Positions 44,791 through 57,840 of a DNA stretch of 64,000 bases are shown here, piece by piece. Location: NCBI GenBank assembly GCA_044892525.1, contig CM097886.1:139376001-139440000 (forward strand), read 5' to 3'. This stretch comes from Schmidtea polychroa. Its lineage: Eukaryota. The notes under the pieces were generated by a model, which made no database searches, had not been told where the DNA came from, and saw nothing but the letters and a program-made list of their open reading frames with translations. Position numbers and translations under genes: made by a program. Within the stretch, counting starts at the first letter, position 1; each line of letters begins with the position of its first letter.

Positions 44791-46309
44791 ATCAATATAA
44801 TTGAGAAAATTTGTAATTTATATTTTTATGATTTATAGCCTTCATTTTTTAATTTTATTATTTATTTCTGTTAGTGAACATTCTTTAATTCGGAGAATAT
44901 ATTTTGTTATTGAAATTTTAGTTCTTACAATAAATATAAAACATGGGGAGAAATGTAGTGCCTTCGTCTTTTATTTTAATTAATCTATTAAAATAGAGAT
45001 ATTTAAATAAAACTTTTATTAAATATTTGGAAAAAGCAGTTTAAGAAGATTCTTTTAAAAATGATCTTTTAAAAATGCAGGAAGATGAAGATTCCAATAT
45101 TTTAGGGACTTCATGCTTCGTCATTAAACCAGAGTTTCTTCAAATTCGAATAAATTTAGGATTGATTGTTATGTGTTTTCAATTCACTACAGGAAATCTT
45201 ATTAAAATAAAGTAAAATTAAATAATTTATTTATAATACATTCTTAAGGAAATTTCAATTAACCCTACACTGCATATTGTATCACTGGTGATACACAATT
45301 ATCTTATTAGAATAAAAACTGTCTCGTTCTTGTTCTCGGTAAATGTTCTCTCATATTACATTGTATTGGCTATATTTGCAATATAATACAAAAAAACCGT
45401 AATATAATTCTCAATAGTTTTGTATTACCAAATCAATTTTTAAAACGTCTTACAGTTTAAGTGAAAGTGTAAATATAAAAAGTCATGCAGTGTAGGGTTA
45501 AATCAATGTAATTGATAAATTCACATTATAAACTGGTTGTACAAAATAATTAACATAGATTTTCATTGAAGTATATAATATAAAATAAATTAATTAGCAA
45601 GCATAAAACTCATTTAAACCAACAAAAATCACACCTAAAATTTTTGCTTTTAAAAGTCAATCTTGTAAAAGCTATAAAACTCGAAACAGACAGAAACGTT
45701 CCACAAGATAAAAGAACGGAAATATAACATTTATAATATAACATATTAACAATACATAACTTATACTATATCACGTTTTTGAGTGTCATAAAATCTAGCA
45801 GCCTAGGCAAATTTTATAAAAGTGGTGGTTTACTGATGATTAAGTATTTTGCTTTATCGTGCTGTTACCAGCCTAACCCAGGATACAACATTATTTTACC
45901 GCTTGATACCCGTTGAGCAATCAACGTTGGTACTGTATCAAGTGGGTGAGTGCTCGCAAAAATTGAGCGCACTACTTGCACTATAATTGTCGGGCACTCT
46001 GGGTCCACGGACTATCGTTAGAAGATGTATGTCAGATTTACTCAGGTCCGTCACTATAATTACTTTCCCAAATAGACTTATACGAGCTTTCCGTCACCAA
46101 TCAAACCTAAATCATATTAGAACACACACCAATTTATAAAAAGGCCTGATTATACACTGTATAATATACAGTACGCTTATCACATCTTTGATGATTGAGT
46201 CGGTTTTAACGTCCCTTGCTGCTCTTGCTCTGCCAATCTGAGTTTCTTCAGCTTCTTACGGATGTTTCGCCCCAACCGCTTACCCTTTGTTTTAGTTGAC
46301 GGGGCCGGT

Positions 46310-46311
<2 letters not shown>

Positions 46312-46363
<52 letters not shown>
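46312..46363. repeat. (TA)n microsatellite
   Basis: Uninterrupted run. Confidence 0.97.
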
Positions 46364-46365
<2 letters not shown>

Positions 46366-46882
46366 GCCAGCTCTAGGGGCAGTGGCCGGATTTGTGCTGT
46401 CGTTGCCTCATTTATAATTTGTTGATTGTTTGATTTCCAACGTGCGTATCTGCAACTTTAACACACGGATTTCCGTTTGGTCCTGTTCGGCTTGGGTCTG
46501 AAGTTGTAGAATTTGAGACGTCTTTTTCTTCATTTCCGCCTGGCTAAACCAAGTGCCCTCAAATTCTCGGTACCGACCTTTGAGTTTTTCGACCCGGGTT
46601 CGGAGACTTTCCGCCTGTTCGCGGTCTTTTCGTAAATTTTCGAATAAACTTGATCACTAAAAATAGAAAGAAGGGTACATGATGAGGAATATTCATTCAT
46701 TCATTTATTCGTTTTCGTTAAAAAATATTCATATACATTTATAAGTACATTCATAAAGAAGATGATAAAACAAATCATTAGGCATTATACTGCTTTATTC
46801 TAGTAAAGTAATCAAAAACTATAATCAAATAAAAATTAATTAATAGTCTAAAAGCGTGTTAATGTTTGATTCATTCCCTGAG

Positions 46883-47240
46883 TCAGAACTTGTCCTTTCG
46901 CTGCCTCCTTCTCTTCCTTGAGGGCGCTTCTGGGGTTTCGATTTCCTCCAAAGGAATTCCCAGGGTCTCTGCCCGTAGTCTATTTTCAGTTTCCCGCAAC
47001 TTGATTTGCGCTGCTTCTACCTCGGCCAGCGCTTGATCGCGAGCTTTCATTAGTAAATTGTTGAGAAGTTCCGCTTTGACCCATGCCGGGGCATTGGGCT
47101 CGGGTCCACTACGTATGACTGGACAGTAGTTGTCCAGGTCTCGACCCGGTTCCATTCATGTATTCGGTACCAGATATATCTGGACCGGAGTCGAGTAATT
47201 AACTGTCTGTTTGCTTCCTCGTCATCGCAGTTGTTGGATT
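46883..47240 (-). CDS. Orphan coiled-coil/basic-tail protein homologous to 26175-26574 (two frames)
   Basis: LITRLRSRYIWYRIHEW, then LMKARDQALAEVEAAQIKLRETENRLRAETLG...RKRRRQRK. Confidence 0.5.
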
Positions 47241-47711
47241 GGGACATTTCTATAATTAGATATGTATAATTAAAGGTAAGGGCAATTTCAAGTTTGTCTC
47301 TAAATCCAAAATTTCGTCTTTCATAGTTCATCCGTCCAACTACGTCCAAAATAATTGGTAGGTCGAATGGTAAGATCATAATCAAATTACAAATAAATCT
47401 TGTAGTGTAAATTAAATTGTAAATTAGCTGGTAAATTAAAGGGTGAATTAGATGGTGAATTAGATGGTAAATTCAATGGTAAGTTAAATCACAAAGAAAT
47501 TGTAAACTGAATTATTTCTTAAAAATTTGTTTTACTATTCTAATTTGTTGATTATTATTTGTGAATATTATAATTTACCGGATTATATTATTCATGTGAA
47601 TTGATTTAAATTTGAAGCCATAAACTTCTTGGCGAATGTGATTGTCGGCCACAGGGAAAGGCTTTGTCCACGAAGAGTTTTATTGACCTGAACTATGAGT
47701 TCCAATATCTC

Positions 47712-48774
47712 TGTTGGGGTTCAGGAGGAACCGAAATTAAAGGCTTCGAAATTAAATAATAACCAAGTACTAAAATTAGGATTAAAATATAAATGGTATT
47801 TAAAAAAATTACTAAAATTGGAATTAAATTATAAATATTAATAAATAATTACTAAAAATAAATTCGTTACAAAAATAGTAATTTTTAATTACTATTAAGA
47901 CTTATAATAAATAAAGTTATATATATATAGCGGCTAAATTATATTGAAGGGGGAGAAAAATCGAGAAGAAAAAGTACATTGAGAAAAGAGAAAGATCACA
48001 GATCAGCAGAAACTAAATCAGGAAACGATTTCTAATTGGACGAGTCTTATTGATCGATAGAAACGAAATTTTTAACAAATTTTTTGGAAAATTATTATTT
48101 CACCAAAATTGTAAATTAGCTCCAATCTTTGGAGTGATTTAGAACAAATTCGAAAGAGGAAAATTAGGAATTTTTTCGACAACCCATCTGAGGTTTTTGG
48201 GAGGATTTAAATTAGGAAAAGTTTAAATTAGTTAGTATTCTTTTATCTTATAATTATAAATATTTTTATAAAAAGTTTATTTAATTAAATTACATTTAAA
48301 GAAAGGGAAACATAACGTCAGCACGTATTTTTGTGTTGTTTCGTTATTATATTTGATAAAGACAGGGTTAACCAATTTCTGGGTTAACTCCATAGCGTAA
48401 AATTCGGTAAACCTCCCTATTTCTTTTCCTTGCACCTATATCGGGCTGTTGGCGCATTTAGGGCCAGCCTTGATCCTTAGTAACACTCTTTAGGGCGGTT
48501 TGAATAACCGTTTTCTGTACTNNNNNNNNNNNNNNNNNNNNNNNNNNNNNNNNNNNNNNNNNNNNNNNNNNNNNNNNNNNNNNNNNNNNNNNNNNNNNNN
48601 NNNNNNNNNNNNNNNNNNNNNNNNNNNNNNNNNNNNNNNNNNNNNNNNNNTTGATAAATAAATATTTAAAACATATTTCTTATTTATTTATTTACCTACA
48701 CGCCTAAATTATTTACTTGGAGTCAGATAGAACATTTTTGTGTTAGTTCGAAGACATACCCATCGACCCTAACA
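47712..48774 (-). mobile_element. Solo LTR (family E), contains an N gap
   Basis: Reverse complement of 17098-18154; 4-bp TSD TCTC (47708-47711, 48775-48778). Confidence 0.85.
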
Positions 48775-49324
48775 TCTCGTCGTCGGCAAAGTCATTCTTG
48801 AGGGCTCATTCAAATATTATAATTTTTATTTTTGTTTTCCGCTTTTCAGGTAGCAAATTGGGTTAAATAGAATTCCTTTATTTTTGGATGTTCCCTCTTA
48901 GTGGTATCTTGATTAATTTTTATCCGAAGATCAATGGGTATTAACTTAATTGTTAAGATTCAAGTTAATCATTCCAGTCTGATTTGATTTTGTGGAATCG
49001 ATTTCCTTAATTTTGAACACGCCAATAACGCTAGTTCGGTAGGGACAAAGTACCAGTATGATAAAGGTGATAATAATATTAAGGTTACTAATGATAATAT
49101 TAAAATCACTGGGCATATTGATGCTCCTAACAATTGTAATACGAATACTTATAATGACAACATTAATAACGATAATAATGATGAATGTACTTTTGTGTCA
49201 TCTAAAATTGCCATATAGCTAGGGCTAACTACGAAAATTTCGAAAACTCATATTGATAAACTTGGGTGACTATACAAATATGATTTATTCGGTCAGGCTT
49301 AGGCTAATTACTGGCTACCCGAGT

Positions 49325-49830
49325 TTGGGGGGGGGGCGCTTCATAAGAATTTAAAATTTAGGTTTCCATATATAATGCAAGTTTAAGGTATATTGCAATA
49401 GGTTATTTAAAGTATGTAGATGACGATAGGGGACTATTTGATTTTGAAGAGGGTCATTTATAAAATTATAATTTACGTTTTCATATATAATGTAAACCTG
49501 ATAAATATTGTAATAAACCAATTTAGGGTATTTGGATGATGATTAGTGGTTGCAAAATTTTTAGGGGGCTATTTACAAATTCCACAATTTAGGTTTTATA
49601 TATAATATGAGCTTAATATATTAGAAGATAGGTTAATTTAAGGTATTTAGCTGATGGTCGGTGACTACATAATTTTAAGGGGTCATTAAAAAATTTAAAT
49701 TATATTTTTATATGAAATGTGAGCTTAAAATATTTTATGATAAGTTAATTTAGGATATTTAGATGATGACTATATAATTTTAAGGGGGTCATTTACAAAA
49801 ATTCTATAATTTGTGGATAATGTAAACCAG
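49325..49830. repeat. Degenerate ~115-bp tandem repeat (about 4 units)
   Basis: TTTA(A/G)GGTATTT(A/G)GATGATGA-like anchors at ~49419, 49535, 49650, 49762. Confidence 0.6.
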
Positions 49831-49955
49831 CAAATTATACTTCTTTAGATGATTATAAGTTACAATTTACAATTTATGAATAAAATAACTTATAATTCTA
49901 AGGTATGATTTATGGTACATGAATGAAATAGACTTATAATGTATATATTATATAT

Positions 49956-50833
49956 CAGGGCTGTCCAACCTCGGGAAACCAGAGGGCCGAAATGCAAAAA
50001 AAACTATTCGGGGGCCGCACACAATGCAAAGAATTTTTATCTAAAATAAATGGCTAAGGATAGCAAAACGCCTGCCTGTACGGAAAATTTTGGACTCAAC
50101 ACCTTCAGTTGTTACTAATGTATACTCTGGCGCTTGTTTTGGATTTATTGGATATTTCTGTCTTAGGACCGCACACCAAAATTAAAAAATGATATTATGT
50201 TAATAATTAATTGTACTAATGTTTAAGAAATATTATATGGTAAATATTTGATATTAGATATAGATATTGTCAAGAAATGAAAAATGTTATATTTCAATGA
50301 GAAATTTTCGGTAGCTTTGCATCGTTTACCAGTGTATCGATATCAATTTCAATGTTTGTGGTTGCCAAACGTAGTAAATTTGATAGCGATTTATCAGTCA
50401 TGGAACTTCTATACTTTGATTTAATAAACTTCATAGTGGAAAAAGTACTCTCACAAAGATAAGTACTGCCGAGGATTCATCCGATTTTAAGACCAAAGTC
50501 ACGCAATTTGGGATATCTTACTTCGGATAATAGTTTGAAAGAGTCTTCCCCTGTTTTACATTTATTGGTAAACTGGGGATCAGTTTGCAACTCACATAAT
50601 TCTAACTGCAAATCGGACGGCACATTTGCAATACTAATAGTTAAAGGCTGACTAAAAAGTAAAATTTCTCGTTCAAATTTTCCAAAATCGATAAATCGGC
50701 TTTCGAATTCCGCGATTATCCCAAAGTTTTTCGTAGCAATAAAAGTATTTACGTAAATAAGATGGTATCAAATTATTGAGAAGTTCGCGGGCCACACAAA
50801 AGTACTTCGCGGGCCGCGGTTTGGACAGGTCTG
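49956..50833 (-). mobile_element. Non-autonomous hAT (Charlie/SPIN-like), 878 bp
   Basis: TIRs CAGGGCTGTCCAACC / GGTTTGGACAGGTCTG and 8-bp TSD TTATATAT. Minus strand encodes LQLELCELQ...GSTYLCESTFSTMKFIKSKYRSSMTD. Confidence 0.92.
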
Positions 50834-51869
50834 TTATATATAATTCCAAGTTATAATTTATGATTTATGAATAAAATAGATTTATAATTTATATTTTTAT
50901 ATATAATTCTAAGTTGTAATTTATACTTTATGAGTAGTATAAACTTATAATTTATACTTTTATAGATACTTTTAAGATATAATTATCATGAGTTAGTAGT
51001 TCAAATTTATCGTTTGTATCTGTATAGTTAAATATATTGTAATTTATTCACGAGAATAATAAAAAATTTATATTTTAGAGTCCTATGATTTAATTTTAGA
51101 TATTTTCCTAATTGACAAGCAAGCCCTACCGATACGTATGTCGAACCATTTTATCGCAATTAAGTTAATCAAAAATTTTCTTTGGTTTACTCCGTTGTTA
51201 GAAAGGTTATTCATGAATCTAATTTCGACAACCGTATAGGTAGGTTTGCTTCTATGAAATTTAACTGTCTACATTGAGTGTGTCTTGTAAAATTGTGGTT
51301 ATTTTAGGTCTGAGATCTACTCTGATTATCGTCCTAATGTATTGTATTGTAGTGATTTTTAATGTAGATTTTGATTGTGTCATGAATTTGGCATAGAGTT
51401 TCTTGTTACTAAAATGTGGCGTGTGTAAATACGTGTGCGCGCGTTGATGCATTAAAACAAACTCGAATTACTTTTAATTCTAGAATATTCTATTTTACAC
51501 TTTTGATCATTTTAATGGCAATTTTAGTGCCATAATTTTTATTTTTCATTATTTTTTGTTAAATTTGCCTCCGTGATGAATTTGGGTATTTTCCAGACCA
51601 TTTCATATTAAATTAAAGTTAAATTTTATTTTAAAATTGTTTTCGCTCAATTCTTTTCTTAAATTTTTAAACTAGTTTATTTATTTTTATTAAATTTTAT
51701 TGATTTGAATGGCTTCCATGATGGATTTCGCCATTTTTATGGATTGTTCTGGTTTTTTATTTAGAATTTGGTATTTTATTATCTTTCGATATCGTTCGAG
51801 TTTGTTTTTTTTATTTTTATGTTTCTCTGTTATGTTTGAGTCGATTTTCTTGCAATATTTCTTGCGCTT

Positions 51870-52045
51870 TTTTTATTTTATTTTATTGTTTTCATTTTTC
51901 GTTATTATCTCTTAGTATTATTGTTTATTTGATGTTTTATCTTTTAAGTTTGGCTAAACTTATTGCAATGTGTGCATGTTATGTACCACCACATTTTGTC
52001 ACCTTTACGAGCTTTTGGGGTATAGAAATAAGTTCTAGTCCAACA
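51870..52045 (+). repeat. T-rich segment ending ...AGTTCTAGTCCAACA (same end family as 43050, 25339, 56905, 61374-61440)
   Basis: Shares the CCACATTTTGTCAC...TAGAA.T.AGTTCTAGTCCAACA motif. Confidence 0.65.
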
Positions 52046-52832
52046 AAAGTTTGAAATAGTCCTTTTATTTTTTTATTTACATAAGAATCTCCAGTGCAAG
52101 TCGGGTTTTCAAGGAAATTTGAGATCTTAAATTTTATGTTATTAATTTTTAGTTATTTTAGAATTTACTAAAATTGGTTAATATTAATTTTTTTATCTAA
52201 TTGAGAGTCATAAGCAATTGACAATCAGACTAATCTACCACTCATAGTCAATAATATTCTTGGCTTACCTAATTGAGTCATAAGGCATTTGCACTCAAAC
52301 TAATCTATCCCTCCAGCCATGGACAAATATAATAGTCCGTTTTTATACTTATTCTACCAATCTTTCTGGTCTAGTGTCATTAAGAATCAATTTGCGGGGG
52401 GGTAGTAATGGGTGAATCGACCTGATAAGTTTCTATGGTACAGCACTGGGTAAGGAATGGCCTAGAATCCACGATAGGAATAAATATCACTCAGTCTACC
52501 AAACCCCACCGCTAATTTCAACTCCTGAACTTTAGTAGAGCATTGGTATTATCAAATTTGCATCACCTATTCGGGTAGCGACATCAATTCATTAGCGAAG
52601 AACATCCATTTGGGTCAATAATAAATTTTTATTAACATCGAGATAATCCTTGAATATAATAATTTAACGAAGTCGTCAACGGTGCGAGTCTTTATCCGCT
52701 TACGCATTGGATTATGTTTAGTTCGCGGAGATTTCTGTGGACACCTGAGGGTGGGAAACATGTCGTTTTGTCATTCAATCTAAAGTTGTTGGTAGTCAGT
52801 GGGTTAATGTTATTTCATTTCCTTTACAGAAA

Positions 52833-53216
52833 ATGTCCAACAACCCTTCTATGTCAGCGGCACTCAAGCAATGTTACTCCTGTGCCGATAAGAACTCAAT
52901 AATCTAAACACTTCAAACCCAAATCGGTCTGTTAAAGAAGAAAATAGATCATTTCGAGGGAACATGGTTATCTCTCCCACAAATTAAAGAGATGAGGACA
53001 AAACTCTCCAGGGTCGAGCACTACCGCGACAGCCTCATCGAGGAGAGCCGAACTCAGAGGCTACTCATCAAGGAACAATCTGAGGCGCTGCACCAAGTCT
53101 ATGTCCAGGCTACCCTCACAAAGAAAATAGAAAATCTGCATATCACAGAGGAGGACGTTTTTTCCGCTGCACCACTATCCTCAAACAGTTCGTCCAACTC
53201 CGAACATATCTTGTAA
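52833..53216 (+). pseudogene. CxSC/coiled-coil orphan ORF, copy 2 (one TAA)
   Basis: QCYSCADKNSII*...EGTWLSL...EHYRDSLIEESR...EQSEALHQVY; preceded by acceptor-like TTTCCTTTACAG. Confidence 0.75.
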
Positions 53217-56200
53217 AAGTTGTGTAAACCTTCCAATACTGAAGTTCTCGTTTCTGAGGTCAACCAGGTGGCCCCTAAGTCGACAATACCACCAACGAGT
53301 CTCACTAAATCGTTATGAAGTTGGTAATAAGAAGCAAAAATATGAAATAATACCACTTTATACATAGATTATAATAAAATCAAGACAATCAAATTAATAT
53401 TGTATCAAGTATCATTTATATTAATCATATCAAGAAGGTGCATCCAAATAAAGTCTAATCACAGGGTGCTGTTATTCAGCCCAACAGTCACAAGGACGCT
53501 TGGGCACGTTGTTACATTTCGAACTCCAGAATCATACCCATTCCATCAAATTGCTAATGATTTTTATGATTTAAAGTGGACCCCCCAACCACTATTTGGT
53601 TCCCGCATTAAATTGTTTGATTTAACTTACGTGAGAAAGAAATCTTTCTAACTTGAGAATTTACAATTTACAAATTACCAACTTTACCAAATTAATGATC
53701 TACTAGTTACGAATTGCCAAGTTTATTAAATTAACGATTTATATGCTATAAATTACCAGATTAAAGCTGAAATATTTAAATTCGGAACTCATAAATTCGG
53801 ACTTCACAAAATATGGGTGGATAAGGTTAGAATAAAAATAAAAAATAAAAATTTCGAACTCTTGTTTATCTGCTTCAAAATTTAATTCACTACTATATTA
53901 AATAATCATTATATTCAAAATAATTTTGTATTTCTCCCTTTTTGTTGTCGTAATATTCTTCGTGAAAATTATGCCACTCAGACCCATTATGGGAGGGGTA
54001 TCGCTATGCGTCTTAGATTTGTATCTGGTCCCTAGCAATCCCTAACCGTAGTGGTAGTGAGTGGCTTCAACTTCAGCGTGGTTCGCGTAAGTAATTTCTT
54101 TTATCTCTTTGATAGTGTTTGATTTCAGGAGTTGAAAACTTGTTGGATATCATTTTTCGTTGAATAATTTTTATCGTGATACTTTATGAACTAGTTAGTA
54201 GGTAATTTTATTAATACTTTTATCAAAATAATATATGATTCGTAATATGCAATAGTTATTGGGTGATTATGTTAATACTTTTACTTGCATTAAACTAATT
54301 TATGAATTTGTATGGTAACGTATCATAGAACATTGGCTATTTATTATTTTTGGGCTATGGTTTTATATCTTAGCTTAGGTGGTTGATCCTGTAAAAATAA
54401 AAGAAAGGAGAAGGATCCCTTGTCCTTCCTGTCGTGCAGGGGTTGACTGCTGGGGTAACCTGGGTTAAATTCGCGCGGGTGTGATAGGTTTTACACGAAA
54501 ATCAGAGTTCCTATTGATATGGTCGATAGTGATTGTCACATTTAGAAGAGAGTGTGCATCGCCCATTTGGTCAGCCAGAATGAGTTCGACGAGGGTATCC
54601 TTTGGTTTGCAGGGGTGTTGCTATTAATAGAAGTAATTCCATTGGCTGATTCTTATCATGAGGAAAAGTAAATCAATAAGGTTAATTTTGAATTTTTCTA
54701 TTTATAGTATTATTTTAATAAATCAATAAATTGGTTTAAATAAAGTATATAATTAATAGGTAGGCTAGGGTGGGGTTTTAGGTCAAGGGTCTCGTTAAGG
54801 GTGAATATAGAGAATTTAATTGATTTAATTGTAATATCCTTTGACTCCATTGTCATTAAATAAGCAAATCAGATTTGTTATTTGAGATGATACCCAAATA
54901 ATGTTGAATGAGAATAACACAGTAAAATGGTTTTATAATTTTATAATATCTAAATAATATTAAATAAGAATAACACAGTAAAATGGATTTATAATTTTAA
55001 GACTAAAACCTGGGGTCAATAAAAATGGTAAAAATTAAACTAGACTTTAGTACATATACAAGTGAACAAAAAAAATTTATAAAGTAATTTCGAGGTTCTT
55101 TTCATAATTAATCAAATTCATATAGGGGTTTCCGATAACATGATTCAAGATAGCGTGGTGTAATAATTGATATCTATATATTTTGAAACGTCCTTCTAGA
55201 TGGGGAGCCTTATATGTCTATAAGAAAAATCAAATGAGGTAGACCCTCATATACAAAGGTAGAAGACAATAATCAATAACATATAATTTCATAAGATACC
55301 TTTTAGCTAATGTTGATTTATAATATAGTTGTTAATGAATAATTAGAAGAGGCATAATTTTAGTTCATACCGATTTAAACCCAATATTAAATAGTATAGA
55401 TATCGATATCGGACTTTATTGAATACATTTTCGTAATTTTGATTTAAGATTTAATGTTTATCATTCCAATAATCTGGATATTAATATTCAAAATCGTGGC
55501 ATAGGTTTATCCCAAATCCGTCCTACCCATTATAGTAAGATGGAGGGCTCCTTCAAGTTACCTTTAAGGGCATCAAATCTGTCTTGATTAGATCATTATA
55601 AACTAGATGATTATAAAATTGAATTTTTCTTAGATTCAGATTATTGAGTACTAAATTTCCGATCAAATACAATTATAAATAATATCAATAGAGTCTATTA
55701 ATAATATTCAATATTAAGCATACTAAATAATAGAATAGTTTGTGCAATTAACCGACTACCAGAGTGCCTTTGTAGCATATTGAGTCTGGGATATTTCCCG
55801 TTTAGATTTTCCTAATGTTGTGTCTCCTATAGTATAGTTGGATGTTCATTTTATGTATGTGATTTACTGAAAAGTCGAATTAATTAAAATTTACCTACTT
55901 TCCCGATTCCACTGAATACGGTACGATAGGTCCTATTGTGTTATTTACCCACGATTAATATCCCAGAAATTGCTTCGTCCGCATAGTCCCTATGACTATA
56001 CCAACTACCAAGATGGATTTACCTGCCCTACTCATGGTTGAACACCATTAGTTCGTGGCGACTTCTGGTTATGAAAACTATAATTTTAGTGCATGTAGGG
56101 TCGTAGACCCGTTCTTTTGTGCATGAGAATGATTTTAGGTTGGAAACAAGGCTGGTCAACGTTGCGAGCTATATGCGTCACTCTTGTTCAGCATAAATAA

Positions 56201-57091
56201 TAATGAAATAAAAAAAATAAATGAATAAAAGGTTGAACTCAATCATAATACATTTAATAAAACATGAAGCGATCATATAAATTCATAAAAATATAATTAT
56301 AATAATAAAACAATCAAAGGGTCCTTACTATTTGTCGTTGTCCCAAGATCGTCGAGGAAAATTTTTGGCATAAAGATTGAAATTGTGACTAAAATGTGTC
56401 AGCATATATACCTATTTTTGTGTGTACAAGTACACGTGTATGTATTGATGCATTAAAACTAACTCGAATTCTTTTTAATCTAGAATTTTCTATTTTCGAT
56501 ATTTTTAATGGCAATTTTTGTGCCATAATTTTTGTTTTTATTTTTAAATTTTTATTCTCTAATTATTTTTTGCTAAATTTACCTCCATGATGGATTTGGA
56601 ACGATTCCAGAACATTACATATTAATTTTAATTTAATTTTTATTTTAATGTTTTTCCTAATTTCTTTTTAAGAATTTTTATTTTTATAGCTAATTTATTT
56701 TATTTTGATTACTTTTATTGTTTTATGTGGCTTTCATGATGGTTATCACCATTCTTATGAAATGTTCTGGGTTTTTTATTTGTCTTCTAATATAATTTGG
56801 TCTTCCTATAATACTTTTATAGAAATTTCTCTAATTTCCGTTCTTATTTTGCTTTATCGCCTTAATTCAAATTCGTTTATCGTTGTAATGTGTTTTTAGG
56901 TTATGTTGGGCTGAATTGAAATAAAAAATAAGAAAGTACCATTAAGAAATAAGACAAACATGATAAACAAATGAGTAAAAATAAACAAAAAATTAAAAAT
57001 AAAATAAGACATAATAAAGAAGAAATAATTAATTAGGCAATGAAAATTAAAACAAAAAATTAAAATTAAAAATTAAGATAAGAAAAACTGC

Positions 57092-57840
57092 AATAATGAG
57101 GAAAATAACACAAAAATCAAGTAGTTAATAGGAAAATTAAGAAAATAAAGAAAAATAGGAAAATTAGCAAAGAAACATAAAAATTAAATTAAAATAAATA
57201 ATTAAGCGGCACTCAATTTTGATTGGTCCGCACATACGCAAAAATTAGTATATAAGGTAAGCACTGAAACAAAATTTTCAGTGTTAACAAATTTACTATT
57301 TAGCGTTCAACAGTCACCTAGATCAGTATCAAGACAACTTAGGAACAATAGAAAAAACCATCGATTCAGCCCGCAAATCAGTCGAGTTATTATTTCAACA
57401 AAATTTCAGAATTAAATCTTACCTATCTCGAAGGGATATTTTGGTAAATTTTAGTTTTGCATTATTATGAGGAAAATAACACAAAAATCAAGTAGTTAAT
57501 AGGAAAATTAAGAAAATAAATAAAAAATATAATAAAAATAAAGAAAAATAGGAAAATTAGCAAAGAAACATAAAAATTAAAGTATCAAGACAACTTAGGA
57601 ACAATAGAAAAAACCATCGATTCAGCCCGCAAATCAGTCGAGTTATTATTTCAACAAAATTTCAGAATTAAATCTTACCTATCTCGAAGGGATATTTTGG
57701 TAAATTTTAGTTTTGCATTATTATGAGGAAAATAACACAAAAATCAAGTAGTTAATAGGAAAATTTCAACAAAATTTCAGAATTAAATCTTACCTATCTC
57801 GAAGGGATATTTTGGTAAATTTTAGTTTTGCATTATTATG
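57092..57840. repeat. Mosaic local duplication (blocks X and Y interleaved)
   Basis: X (TGAGGAAAATAACAC...) at 57096, 57468, 57724; Y (GTATCAAGACAAC...GCATTATTATG) at 57326, 57582, partial at 57765. Confidence 0.85.

Noticed and set aside
3228-52045. AAAG on both sides as a TSD of a 49-kb nest
   Set aside because: A 4-bp A-rich match is expected by chance, and there is no supporting internal structure.
51709-52054. F/L/I-rich membrane-like ORFs (also 42883, 56396, 56705, 63180)
   Set aside because: Translations of T-rich low-complexity arms of the repeat ends, not conserved at protein level.
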